In this document: piece after piece, positions 28,201-35,864 of the stretch
Position numbering within the stretch: position 1 is the stretch's first letter
Layout: the number at the start of each line of letters is the position of its first letter
NCBI GenBank assembly: GCA_964563055.1
Contig: CAZLVP010000014.1
Location: forward strand, 4,537-68,536
Direction of reading: 5' to 3'
DNA length: 64,000 nt
DNA from: an uncultured Thermoplasmatales archaeon
Lineage (GTDB): Archaea > Thermoplasmatota > Penumbrarchaeia > Penumbrarchaeales > Penumbrarchaeaceae
Made by a program: the position numbers and the translations under genes
The notes under the pieces: model-generated
What the model was told of the DNA's origin: nothing
The model's database searches: none
The model's input: the letters and a program-made list of their open reading frames with translations, nothing else

Positions 28201-28858
28201 CAACGTGAACCTGAAGGCCCTCGAGGAGTACGAGGAGATGGATAGGAAACGCTCCGAGATAGATACGGAGCTCAAAGCGCTCGAGAAGGAGAAGGACGAG
28301 CTCGAGAAGCTCATCTCCTCGATAAACGAGAAGAGGAGGACCGAGTTCCTCCACGTCTATGAGGCCATAGACAAGAACTTCCGGGGGATATACGGGAACA
28401 TATCGGGAGGAGGTGAGGCGTTCTTCGAGCTGGAAGTGCCCGAGGACCCGCTCTCGGGCGGTCTAATAATCCACGCCAGGCCACCGGGAAAAAGGATGAC
28501 CCGGTTGGGGGCACTATCGGGTGGGGAGAAGTCACTCACCTCCATGGCCTTCATCTTCGCCGTCCAAGCATATGACCCCTCCACTTTCTACCTCCTTGAC
28601 GAGATAGACCAGAACTTGGACGCCGTAAATGCCGAGATAGTCGCAAGGATGGTAAAGCAGAACGCATCCTTTGCCCAGTTCGTCCTGATATCGCTCCGCA
28701 AGATAAGTTTAAAAGAGGCGCATCACCTATATGGTGTCACGCTCCAGAAGGGAGAGTCGGTGATAGTCGGCAAGGTGGACCTGAGCGAGGTCGAAGCGTA
28801 CGAGAAAGGGGATGGGAGAGCCGTTAAGGCCCCATCTGCCGAAGGGGGTGCCCAATGA
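25235..28858 (+). CDS. smc: Chromosome segregation protein SMC
   Basis: N-terminal Walker A FTGVTGPNGSGKSN, long coiled coils, hinge, C-terminal signature LSGGEKSLTSMAFIFA and Walker B LLDEID. Confidence 0.9.
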   Translation: MHLKEVQMENFKTFRKKVTVPFYKGFTGVTGPNGSGKSNIADAILFVLGPRSSKMVRAKKLSDLIFHGNDSFKAAKECRVTLIFDNADRVIPVDTDEVSLRRVLRISVTDPNNTLSYFYVNGRSSSQSEFENILVHAHLSAEGYNIVLQGQINEFISKTPQKVREEIDDIAGIRRYDEEIRASLQKKQSTTENMERIGWSLDFIKGRLRELKKEKEEAEKYRDAQVQISKAKATLLSVQRTSIEGELEGYQKAISGSERRKIELRQEMEVLEGERQRNEEESTKVGKEIDEITGEEGRRLKEKMDTAKLEMLRAKDVMASAQEAVVELETEKGSRHHEIKDIKRKSLSLAKEEEKASAEVAKMTEEIGSCRSDIEGIEKELERNDSDILELRRELALASKRVETVRDNRGERLIELDRARASLEAKRTAQADLDQLISTLEYEVKDLSQKLKESSSRSPEEMVKTLQGQFMQARAAEKELGSRMKELDREITALNRTYTQMKLELEANEKLSKGVGMAVDEVLTARDKGEIKGIIGTIGELGNVPEEYSLALEIAAGGRISAVIVEDDEVAANCIERLKRKGRGRATFLPLNKVSSKRPGAKALMIKDDPHVIGLAVDLVKFDARYSGAFNWVFGDTVVVDDLSALRRLMGGVRIVTTHGELAGAGGDITGGSIADRKEGSGFGKRSRRELEGISIKLQGLMAESEQLTVELNEARERANTLEMEIRKQNSEREDRESRLKRIKEGLDSSGTSLSEKKGERAALMEEIASIGAAIGGLETDCVSMEADLKKATEDRDSLQGSLERATPRSMRERLKELRDRLDALSAKRLEQTGIRESSRSQQELFRGRTKELEVRLGEIDAAVLAAKKEMEEAKARHERFEIEWKALETVIMRIDERTKGLYERLNELTRENERVLSQRERARNDIMVQDQVIITQRTNIRVAEEKLSDVMRELQAFKDVELLERPFPTERDLQRKVRELETILENAGNVNLKALEEYEEMDRKRSEIDTELKALEKEKDELEKLISSINEKRRTEFLHVYEAIDKNFRGIYGNISGGGEAFFELEVPEDPLSGGLIIHARPPGKRMTRLGALSGGEKSLTSMAFIFAVQAYDPSTFYLLDEIDQNLDAVNAEIVARMVKQNASFAQFVLISLRKISLKEAHHLYGVTLQKGESVIVGKVDLSEVEAYEKGDGRAVKAPSAEGGAQ

Positions 28859-29877
28859 GCACTGATGCCACCCCTCACAGGCAGCTCACCCTCGATATCG
28901 AAGAGGAGGTCTTCAGCCACCTTGTATTCCACAGGTCGCTCATAGATGACAAGGACGAGGTCCTCTACAAGCGGTTGGAGAAGTACCTGGAGGTCCTGAA
29001 AGGCCTGAAAGAAGGTGTCCATGTCACCATAAAGGACCCTTACAGCAGGTCCATTGCGATGGTCCTGGAGCTTGCGACCGAGGAGTTCCTTGACCCCTGG
29101 GACGTGGACCTGGTCCGGTTCTGCAAGTTGTTCATGAAGAAGTTCGCAGCCCTTGAAAGGCTCGATCTCATGGTGGTCGGAAAGCTCATAAGGATGGCAT
29201 ACACGGTCCACAATAAGAAGTCGGAGAACACCCTTAAGAAGGCCGAGCTCCCGACGGAGGAGGAGCTCAGGGACGATGATGCTTTCGGGGCATGGATGGA
29301 CGACGATGAGACCTTCGCCGTTACAAAATCCATCCTCAGCTCAGGCCCACCCATGTTGAACGAGTCGCTACTTCACAAGGGTGACAGGCCGGTCACTTTG
29401 CTGGACCTGTTGAACGCTCTCGAGGACGTCGAGAGCGAGATGGACCTACTAAGGGCGGAGCGGCAGCAGAGGCTCGAGACGAGGCAGAGGTTGGAGAAGG
29501 AGAACAGACGGAACATCAACGACAAGGTCTATACTGAGGACCTCGAACAGGACATGACGCTAACCTGGCAGAGGGTCAACAAGTTCAACGGGCACCCTAT
29601 ACCCTTCTCGCAGATTGAGGAGGGCTTCGAGCTCGATATCGGTTCTACGCTCATCTCCCTTCTATACCTTGCAAAGATGGAAAGGGTCCTCATATGGCAA
29701 AGACAGTTCCCTCGCGGGGAGATCATGGTCAAGAACATAGGCAGGGGCAGAGAAGGGCTGGAGTACGGGGAGCTGGAAGAGAACCTTGAGAAGGCCAAGG
29801 CCGGTGAGGTAAGGGTCCACAAGCCCGCCGAGCTCATAGTCGAGGAACGCCCGATCCCCGGTAACTGGAACACGTGA
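28855..29877 (+). CDS. scpA: Segregation and condensation protein A (kleisin)
   Basis: 340 aa protein immediately after smc with an ATGA overlap, in the conserved smc-scpA-scpB gene order. Confidence 0.65.
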   Translation: MSTDATPHRQLTLDIEEEVFSHLVFHRSLIDDKDEVLYKRLEKYLEVLKGLKEGVHVTIKDPYSRSIAMVLELATEEFLDPWDVDLVRFCKLFMKKFAALERLDLMVVGKLIRMAYTVHNKKSENTLKKAELPTEEELRDDDAFGAWMDDDETFAVTKSILSSGPPMLNESLLHKGDRPVTLLDLLNALEDVESEMDLLRAERQQRLETRQRLEKENRRNINDKVYTEDLEQDMTLTWQRVNKFNGHPIPFSQIEEGFELDIGSTLISLLYLAKMERVLIWQRQFPRGEIMVKNIGRGREGLEYGELEENLEKAKAGEVRVHKPAELIVEERPIPGNWNT

Positions 29878-29886
29878 GGGGATGCC

Positions 29887-30615
29887 TTGACCGATGAAGC
29901 TATCCCTCCCGGTAACAACGGGCCGGACCCCATGCTGCTCCTTGAGGCGGCGCTGTTCTCCGCTGGCAAAGCGGTGGATGCAACGGAACTCTCGAATACG
30001 ACAGGGATAGAACCTGCCATGGTCCAGCTGTATCTCAAGAAGCTCATACAATCCTATACGACAAGGCCTACTGCCATTGAGGTTGCCAAGGCCGGCACGA
30101 AGTACGTTCTCCGCCTCAAGGACGAGTTCGTCGACAGGGTCAGGACGCTCGCTTCCCCGGAGGTCTCCTCCAAGCTGTTGAAGACAGCAGCGCTAATAGC
30201 ATATCATCAACCAGTGAAACAATCGATGCTGGTGGAGATGTACGGGGTGAAGGTCTACGACCATGTCCAGGAGCTGATATCGCTGGGTCTCGTCAGGGCC
30301 AGGAAGGAAGGGCCTACGAAGGTGTTGTCCACCACTCACCGCTTCTCCGAGGTCTTCGGGATAGATTCCGTGACGAAGAACAAGGTCAAGGGGCACGTGA
30401 AGGAGAAGGCTCTGGAGAGGATAAGGACAGTTGCGAAAGCGACGCTGGAGAGCTTTGAGGACGGGAAAGAGGCGGCAACCGATGCTTCTCGGTCCGCCGG
30501 ACCTTCTGGTCCTGATCAGGTCCAATCAACCTCATCAGATGAGCCCAAGACCTCTGGCGGCGGTGTAGAAGGCCACCATGAAGAGGAAGGCGACCAGAAG
30601 GTAGAACAGGTATAG
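29887..30615 (+). CDS. scpB: Segregation and condensation protein B (winged-helix)
   Basis: LLEAALFSAGKAVDATEL...AIEVAKAGTKYVLRLKDEF matches the ScpB winged-helix pair. Acidic C-terminus. Confidence 0.7.
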   Translation: MTDEAIPPGNNGPDPMLLLEAALFSAGKAVDATELSNTTGIEPAMVQLYLKKLIQSYTTRPTAIEVAKAGTKYVLRLKDEFVDRVRTLASPEVSSKLLKTAALIAYHQPVKQSMLVEMYGVKVYDHVQELISLGLVRARKEGPTKVLSTTHRFSEVFGIDSVTKNKVKGHVKEKALERIRTVAKATLESFEDGKEAATDASRSAGPSGPDQVQSTSSDEPKTSGGGVEGHHEEEGDQKVEQV

Positions 30616-31326
30616 TCCGCGCACCTTCCTGACGACCATAGCCCCCAACTGCGCCCCCAATACAGCCCCTGTCGCAAGCGGCACGGCGATGAGCAGGTCC
30701 ACATCTGCTCCCGAAATGACGAAGACCCTGAAGAGGGTCATCATCGCAAGTACCATCATGGTCGTGGCTATGGCCTTCTTCACGTTCTTCTTCAACAGGG
30801 TGACCTGCAGAGGCATGAATATGGCCCCACCACCGATGCCGAAGGCCGAGGAAGCGGTCCCTGCTAGGAAGGAGAAGGGTGCTGTGATGAGAAGTTGGTG
30901 CAAACCTTTCTTTTCTGAGCGGTCCCCTTCATCCTCTCCTTCACCTCTCCCCTTTCTCGTTCTTGATATGAGTATATATGTCGTTACACAGAACAGGAGC
31001 AGGGCAAAGAGGATGTAGAAAGGTCTTGGTGAGAGGTTGATGAGGATGAGATAGCCTGCAAAAAGCCCTGGGACCGCCGGGACTATGAGCCAAAGGGCCA
31101 TCTTTACATCTACCATCCTGTTCCTTAGGTAGAATACGGAACTGGAAAGGGAGTTCGCAAGTATCATGGTGAGGGAGAGAAGGACCGAGGAAGCCATCCC
31201 CTCCCCCCAAATGAATAACATGAAGGGGACCGCAAGGAAGCCCCCTCCTAGCCCTGTCATGGCACCGAGAGCGCTCATTACCATCCCGGCAAGGAACAGT
31301 ATGAGCACCGACAGTGTTGGGTCCAT
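30535..31326 (-). CDS. TauE/SafE-family (sulfite/anion exporter-like) membrane protein
   Basis: About 8 TM helices with glycine-rich TGLGGGFLAVPFM and FGIGGGAIFMPL repeats typical of DUF81/TauE. Confidence 0.65.
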   Translation of the reverse strand: MDPTLSVLILFLAGMVMSALGAMTGLGGGFLAVPFMLFIWGEGMASSVLLSLTMILANSLSSSVFYLRNRMVDVKMALWLIVPAVPGLFAGYLILINLSPRPFYILFALLLFCVTTYILISRTRKGRGEGEDEGDRSEKKGLHQLLITAPFSFLAGTASSAFGIGGGAIFMPLQVTLLKKNVKKAIATTMMVLAMMTLFRVFVISGADVDLLIAVPLATGAVLGAQLGAMVVRKVRGLYLFYLLVAFLFMVAFYTAARGLGLI

Positions 31327-31423
31327 CGACCTTCGGTTATGCACTGAGCGTTAATAATCCGTTCGGAAGGTGAGATCGGGGAGGTCCCATTGCAAGGTTA
31401 ATTAATCCGCAAGGTCCATCAAG

Positions 31424-32176
31424 GTGGGCAGGGTGGGTCCCTTGGAAGAAGAACCGCCTATGGGCAGCGAGACAGAGGACCTGAGGACCATAAGGACCTT
31501 CATGGACCTCCTCTCCCATGATATCAACAACCACATCTATGGAGCTACAGGTTATATGGAGCTCCTTGAGACCATGGTGAGGGGAGATGAGCCAAAGGAG
31601 AGGTTCCTCCGGAACTCCATGAGGGAGGTCAGGGCCATCGCAGCCCTACTGGACAACCTTCGTCTGATAACCATGATATCAACAGAGCCCTTCGTCCCCG
31701 AGCCCGTGGATATCCGGACAAGGCTTGCCATTGCCTCGGAGTCCGTGAGGTACTATCTTGACGATAGGGAACTGGAGCTCGCCCTGGACAGCTCAAGCCA
31801 TGATGTGAGGATAAGGGGGGACCGGTTCCTCCATGATGTTCTGGTACAGATACTCTCCAATTCCATCAAGAACGACCCTTCCCCCGTTGTGGTGGTCTCG
31901 GCCAGATGGACCGCTGGAAGGGGGGTGGTAGAACTGGTACTGGAGGATTTCGGGAAGGGTATGAAGGACGAGGTCAAGAGATCGGCCCTGATCAGGTACG
32001 CAAAGGTCGTCGGAGAGGGGAATATTCACGGCAAGGGGATGGGGCTTTCGCTCGTCCGGACCGTCATGGAGAGGTATGGGGGTATGATACGGCTCGAGGA
32101 CAGGGTCCAGGGGGACCATTCAAAGGGCCTTAGGGTCGTGCTGGCTATGCCCTTATGGGAAGGTCCGGACCATTAG
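31424..32176 (+). CDS. Soluble histidine kinase (HisKA-like H-box plus HATPase_c) without sensor or TM domain
   Basis: LLSHDINNHIYGATGYMELL is an H-box. ILSNSIKND is an N-box. DFGKGM...GKGMGLSLVRTVMERYGG are the G1/G2 boxes. Confidence 0.6.
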   Translation: MGRVGPLEEEPPMGSETEDLRTIRTFMDLLSHDINNHIYGATGYMELLETMVRGDEPKERFLRNSMREVRAIAALLDNLRLITMISTEPFVPEPVDIRTRLAIASESVRYYLDDRELELALDSSSHDVRIRGDRFLHDVLVQILSNSIKNDPSPVVVVSARWTAGRGVVELVLEDFGKGMKDEVKRSALIRYAKVVGEGNIHGKGMGLSLVRTVMERYGGMIRLEDRVQGDHSKGLRVVLAMPLWEGPDH

Positions 32177-32892
32177 CGCTCGGTCCCTATGGCCTTTCTC
32201 AGCTCGTTCCCCTCGAACCTCTTCCATTTCCCGAGCTTCAGCCCTTCGAGCCTAAGGGCCCCTATTCGGGTCCTCTCGAGCTCAAGGACCCTGGAACCCA
32301 CTGCCAGGAACAGACGTTTGATGATATGTCTCTTGCCTTCGTGGATGGATATGAGGACCTCTTTGCCCCTTGGATGCCTTTTGATGGAGAGCACTCTGAT
32401 GTCCCTGATGAAGGTCCCATCCTCCAGACCGACACCCCGCTCCATTCCTTTCAGGTCCTTTTCGGGAACGGTGTCGGCCACCACTGCCTTATAGGTCTTC
32501 TCAATGTTGTATCGCGGGTGGGCTATCTTGTTGGAAAGCTCCCCGTCGTTCGTTATCAATATGAGCCCGGTGGTGTCCAGGTCAAGCCTGCCAACAGGGA
32601 AGCACCCTTGTTCCCTTGCTCCAGGGATGAGGTCAACGACATATGTCCGACCCCTGGCGTCATTGTCCACGCACAGGGTCCCAGGGGGTTTGTTGAGGAC
32701 ATAATAGGAGCGCTCAAGGGGATCGACGGGCCTATCGTCCAGGGATACTAGGTCCCTGTCATTGACCTTTATACCGGGTTCGCTGACCATGGACCCGTTG
32801 ACCTTGACCCTGCCACCCGCTATCATGCGTTCGCAGGCCCTCCTGGACCCAAGGCCGCACATTGATAGGTACTTCTGGAGCCTTAGTTCCAT
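32173..32892 (-). CDS. Pseudouridine synthase, RsuA/RluB family (S4 domain plus catalytic domain)
   Basis: N-terminal S4-like LQKYLSMCGLGSRRACERMIAGGRVKVNG. Catalytic motif GRLDLDTTGLILITNDG. Confidence 0.8.
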   Translation of the reverse strand: MELRLQKYLSMCGLGSRRACERMIAGGRVKVNGSMVSEPGIKVNDRDLVSLDDRPVDPLERSYYVLNKPPGTLCVDNDARGRTYVVDLIPGAREQGCFPVGRLDLDTTGLILITNDGELSNKIAHPRYNIEKTYKAVVADTVPEKDLKGMERGVGLEDGTFIRDIRVLSIKRHPRGKEVLISIHEGKRHIIKRLFLAVGSRVLELERTRIGALRLEGLKLGKWKRFEGNELRKAIGTER

Positions 32893-32896
32893 ACCA

Positions 32897-33739
32897 TCAT
32901 TCCTCTGGTGGGCCAGGTGGTTCCAGGAGCTTCTCCGGATGCTCTAGCTGGTCAGTGAAGTACATCATCGCTTTGCCCAGGTAGAACCCGTCCTCCATCC
33001 TCTCGTCGACGGAACCATGTATGGGGAGTATCGGACAGACGACGACCTTACCATCCTCGGCAATGGGGCGGTCCTCCATCCTCCCGATGACCATGAAGAC
33101 GGAGGTGTTCCCTATCTCGTAGAGGTGGTGGTAACCGGATGATAGGTCGAAGGCCCCAACGTTGGCGAAGAAGGCGGACGAGTACATAGGGGACTTGAGC
33201 ACGGTCTTCCTGCTCATCAGACCGTTCTCCTCAAGGATTTTATATATAGGATAACCCAGCTTTATGATGAAGGAAGGGATCCACAAGAAGCTTTTAGCCT
33301 CCTTTTCCCCTTCGTCCATCCTCTTCAGGTCCCTGCCCTCCGCTATCTTGTCCCTGGCAGCCTCGACGGTATCCCGGAGGGTGAACCCCTTCTTGAACTC
33401 CTTTTTGACAAGGGATATGGTAGCTTTGTTCGTCCATTCCTTCTTTACCGAGAATGAGAACCAGATGGACCTCCTCTGATAGATATGGCCACCTTTGGCG
33501 AACCTGTTCGCCCTGGGATATACGGTGAAGGTCTTGTAGAGCGAATGGAGCACCAGCATCAGGGGTGTTACCTTCATGCCGTACTCATCTGTCATCCTGT
33601 GGCAGAAATCCGTCATCCCCCTTGCTTTGATGCTGAGGTTCCAGTAGACGATGGATTCGGACTTGCGCCTCATGAAGAAGGGCATCATCCGCCTGTACCT
33701 GGGAAGGTCCTTTACCCTGACACCGTCCGGCCAGCCCAT
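32897..33739 (-). CDS. Stand-alone 2-oxoacid-dehydrogenase E2 / CAT-like acyltransferase catalytic-domain protein, with the catalytic His position replaced by Glu
   Basis: SSAFFANVGAFD and HGSVDERMEDGFYLGKAMMYFTDQLEHPEKLL align to the E2 catalytic domain motifs (xxTISNLGxFG; DHRxxDG...LExPxxLL). No lipoyl or E3-binding domain. DERMEDG sits where DHRVIDG is expected. Confidence 0.45.
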   Translation of the reverse strand: MGWPDGVRVKDLPRYRRMMPFFMRRKSESIVYWNLSIKARGMTDFCHRMTDEYGMKVTPLMLVLHSLYKTFTVYPRANRFAKGGHIYQRRSIWFSFSVKKEWTNKATISLVKKEFKKGFTLRDTVEAARDKIAEGRDLKRMDEGEKEAKSFLWIPSFIIKLGYPIYKILEENGLMSRKTVLKSPMYSSAFFANVGAFDLSSGYHHLYEIGNTSVFMVIGRMEDRPIAEDGKVVVCPILPIHGSVDERMEDGFYLGKAMMYFTDQLEHPEKLLEPPGPPEE

Positions 33740-33835
33740 AGGGATCGTTCCGTGAACCGTTTGCAGGGATAAAAGCTATGGCATCAAGGCCTTGAGCGTA
33801 CTCACCCATGGAAGCAGTCTTTATATCGTGGGGGC

Positions 33836-34786
33836 GTGATGGAGTCGAGCAGGGGTGAAATGGTGTCACTTAAGGGGAAGGACATAGTGACCATAGGGGA
33901 CCTTAGCGATGATGAGATACATTCCATCCTGGACATGGCCAGGACCATGATCCCTATAGCCAGGGGACAGAAGAAGAGCAGGGCGCTCGAGGGGAAGGTC
34001 CTCGCATCCTTATTCTTCGAGCCATCGACTCGGACAAGGCTCAGCTTCGAAACGGCCATGCACCGGCTCGGGGGAAGCGTGATAACCATGTCGGGGACAG
34101 AGGGGACGTCGCTCATCAAGGGAGAGACCCTTTCCGACACTATCAGGATGGCCGATGTCTATTCCGATGTCATGGCGCTCAGGCATCCTAGGGAGGGTGC
34201 CGCAAGGCTCTCGGCCGGGTTCGCGAAGAACCCCGTCATAAACGGCGGGGACGGGGCGGGACAGCATCCGACTCAGACCCTCCTTGACCTCTTCACCATC
34301 ACCGAGGAGCTCGGTGACATCTCCAAACAGCATGTTACCCTTGTCGGTGACCTCAAGTACGGCAGGACAACGCACTCCCTGTCCCTGGCACTTGCCAGGT
34401 TTGGTGCCTCCATGAGCCTTGTGGCCCCGGACATCATCCAGATGCCCAAACATATAGTGGCCGACCTGAGGTCCATGGGAGCCGACATCCATATCACTTC
34501 CGACCTCAAAGGAGAGGTCGAGCGGTCCGACGTCATCTATATGACAAGGATCCAGAAGGAGAGGTTCCCCGAGGAAGAGGAGTACAGGAAGGTCGCAGGG
34601 GCATACAGGTTGGACCTGTCCCTTATAGAGGCCGCAAAGAAGCGGATGATCATCCTGCATCCTCTTCCCAGGGTTGACGAGATAAGCCCAGAACTTGACA
34701 GCACCCCTCATGCCAAGTACTTCGTCCAAGCGTTCAACGGGGTGCCTGTCAGAATGGCCCTGCTCAAGCTCGTGATGGGGGTGTGA
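33836..34786 (+). CDS. pyrB: Aspartate carbamoyltransferase catalytic subunit
   Basis: STRTRLSFETAM carbamoyl-phosphate binding motif. HPTQTLLDL motif. Typical ~310 aa length. Confidence 0.9.
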   Translation: MMESSRGEMVSLKGKDIVTIGDLSDDEIHSILDMARTMIPIARGQKKSRALEGKVLASLFFEPSTRTRLSFETAMHRLGGSVITMSGTEGTSLIKGETLSDTIRMADVYSDVMALRHPREGAARLSAGFAKNPVINGGDGAGQHPTQTLLDLFTITEELGDISKQHVTLVGDLKYGRTTHSLSLALARFGASMSLVAPDIIQMPKHIVADLRSMGADIHITSDLKGEVERSDVIYMTRIQKERFPEEEEYRKVAGAYRLDLSLIEAAKKRMIILHPLPRVDEISPELDSTPHAKYFVQAFNGVPVRMALLKLVMGV

Positions 34787-35244
34787 GAATGAAGGACCTC
34801 AGGATAAATCCTATCAAGAACGGGACCGTCATAGACCATATAAAACCTGGGACCGCCCTCAAGGTGCTGGAGCTGCTCAAGATCGATGTGACGGAGAACA
34901 AGGAGATCTCCGTCGCCATGTGGGCGCATTCCAAGAAGCTCGGGTTCAAGGACATCATCAAGGTCGAGGACATGGAGCTCAAGCCAAAGCAGGTGAACCT
35001 CCTTGCCGTTGTCACACCGAACGCTTCCATCAGTATAATCAGGGACTACAAGGTCATAAAGAAGTTCAAGGTCGAGCTGCCCTCGGACATCGAAGGCATA
35101 GTGAAATGCGAGAACCTGAACTGCATTACGAACCAGAGGGAGCCGGTGCCCAGCAGGCTCTTGAAGGTCGGGGATGACCCTCAAGCCTATAGGTGCTTCT
35201 ATTGCGGCAGGGACCAGGAGAACATAACCTCGAACATCATCTGA
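34783..35244 (+). CDS. pyrI: Aspartate carbamoyltransferase regulatory subunit
   Basis: INPIKNGTVIDHI N-terminal motif and C-terminal zinc domain CENLNCIT...YRCFYCG. ATGA-type overlap with pyrB. Confidence 0.85.
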   Translation: MRMKDLRINPIKNGTVIDHIKPGTALKVLELLKIDVTENKEISVAMWAHSKKLGFKDIIKVEDMELKPKQVNLLAVVTPNASISIIRDYKVIKKFKVELPSDIEGIVKCENLNCITNQREPVPSRLLKVGDDPQAYRCFYCGRDQENITSNII

Positions 35245-35845
35245 GCGACCCCTCCGCCTCTTCCAGGATAAGCTTTCCTGCCCTCAGGAGAGTGAATGCT
35301 GGAAGGCTCGCGGACCCCGCAAGGGTCCTGTCGGACGCCACTATCTCGGATGAAAGGGGGATATGGACGAAACCCCCTTTACGATCGTTCCCCAAGCACC
35401 ATTGGAGCAGCGTATAGAAGACTTCGTTGCAGAGATAGACCCCTGCCGAATAGGAAAGCTTAGAGGGTATGCCCTCATCCTTTAGCCTGGTCATCATCCT
35501 CCTACAGGGCAGGAGGCTCCTTATTGCCAAGGGGCCCTTGGGATCGATGGGCTCTTCCGATGCGGTCCTCCCCGATGCGTCGGGGACCTCCGATGCCCGG
35601 AGATTGAGAGCAAGCTCCTCCAGCGCTATGTGGCCTATGGTCGGGTTGAGACCGAATGAGACCGTCAGGTCGGACCTTAGGTCCTTTAGAGCGGCCATCA
35701 GCACCTCCGATGCCGTCCCATAGACGACCGGGAGGACCAGGCAACTGATACCTTCCCCTGATGCTGCCAGGGAGCGGACGAGCTGTTCAGTGGGATTGGT
35801 CCCGAATTTATCGAATGGGCCGAAGCCCGTGACAAGGACCTTCAT
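35237..35845 (-). CDS. pcp: Pyrrolidone-carboxylate (pyroglutamyl) peptidase I
   Basis: MKVLVTGFGPFDKFGTNPTE N-terminus. GVYLCNEVFY catalytic Cys motif. GFVHIP His motif. Confidence 0.8.
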   Translation of the reverse strand: MKVLVTGFGPFDKFGTNPTEQLVRSLAASGEGISCLVLPVVYGTASEVLMAALKDLRSDLTVSFGLNPTIGHIALEELALNLRASEVPDASGRTASEEPIDPKGPLAIRSLLPCRRMMTRLKDEGIPSKLSYSAGVYLCNEVFYTLLQWCLGNDRKGGFVHIPLSSEIVASDRTLAGSASLPAFTLLRAGKLILEEAEGSLR

Positions 35846-35864
35846 CCGGTCTTGCTCCGAGACT

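Noticed and set aside
25981-28314. 777-aa serine/leucine-rich ORF on the minus strand inside smc
   Set aside because: Antisense reading of GAG/AAG/GAA-rich coiled-coil codons gives long low-complexity open frames. The plus-strand SMC has unambiguous motifs, so the antisense ORF is an artifact.
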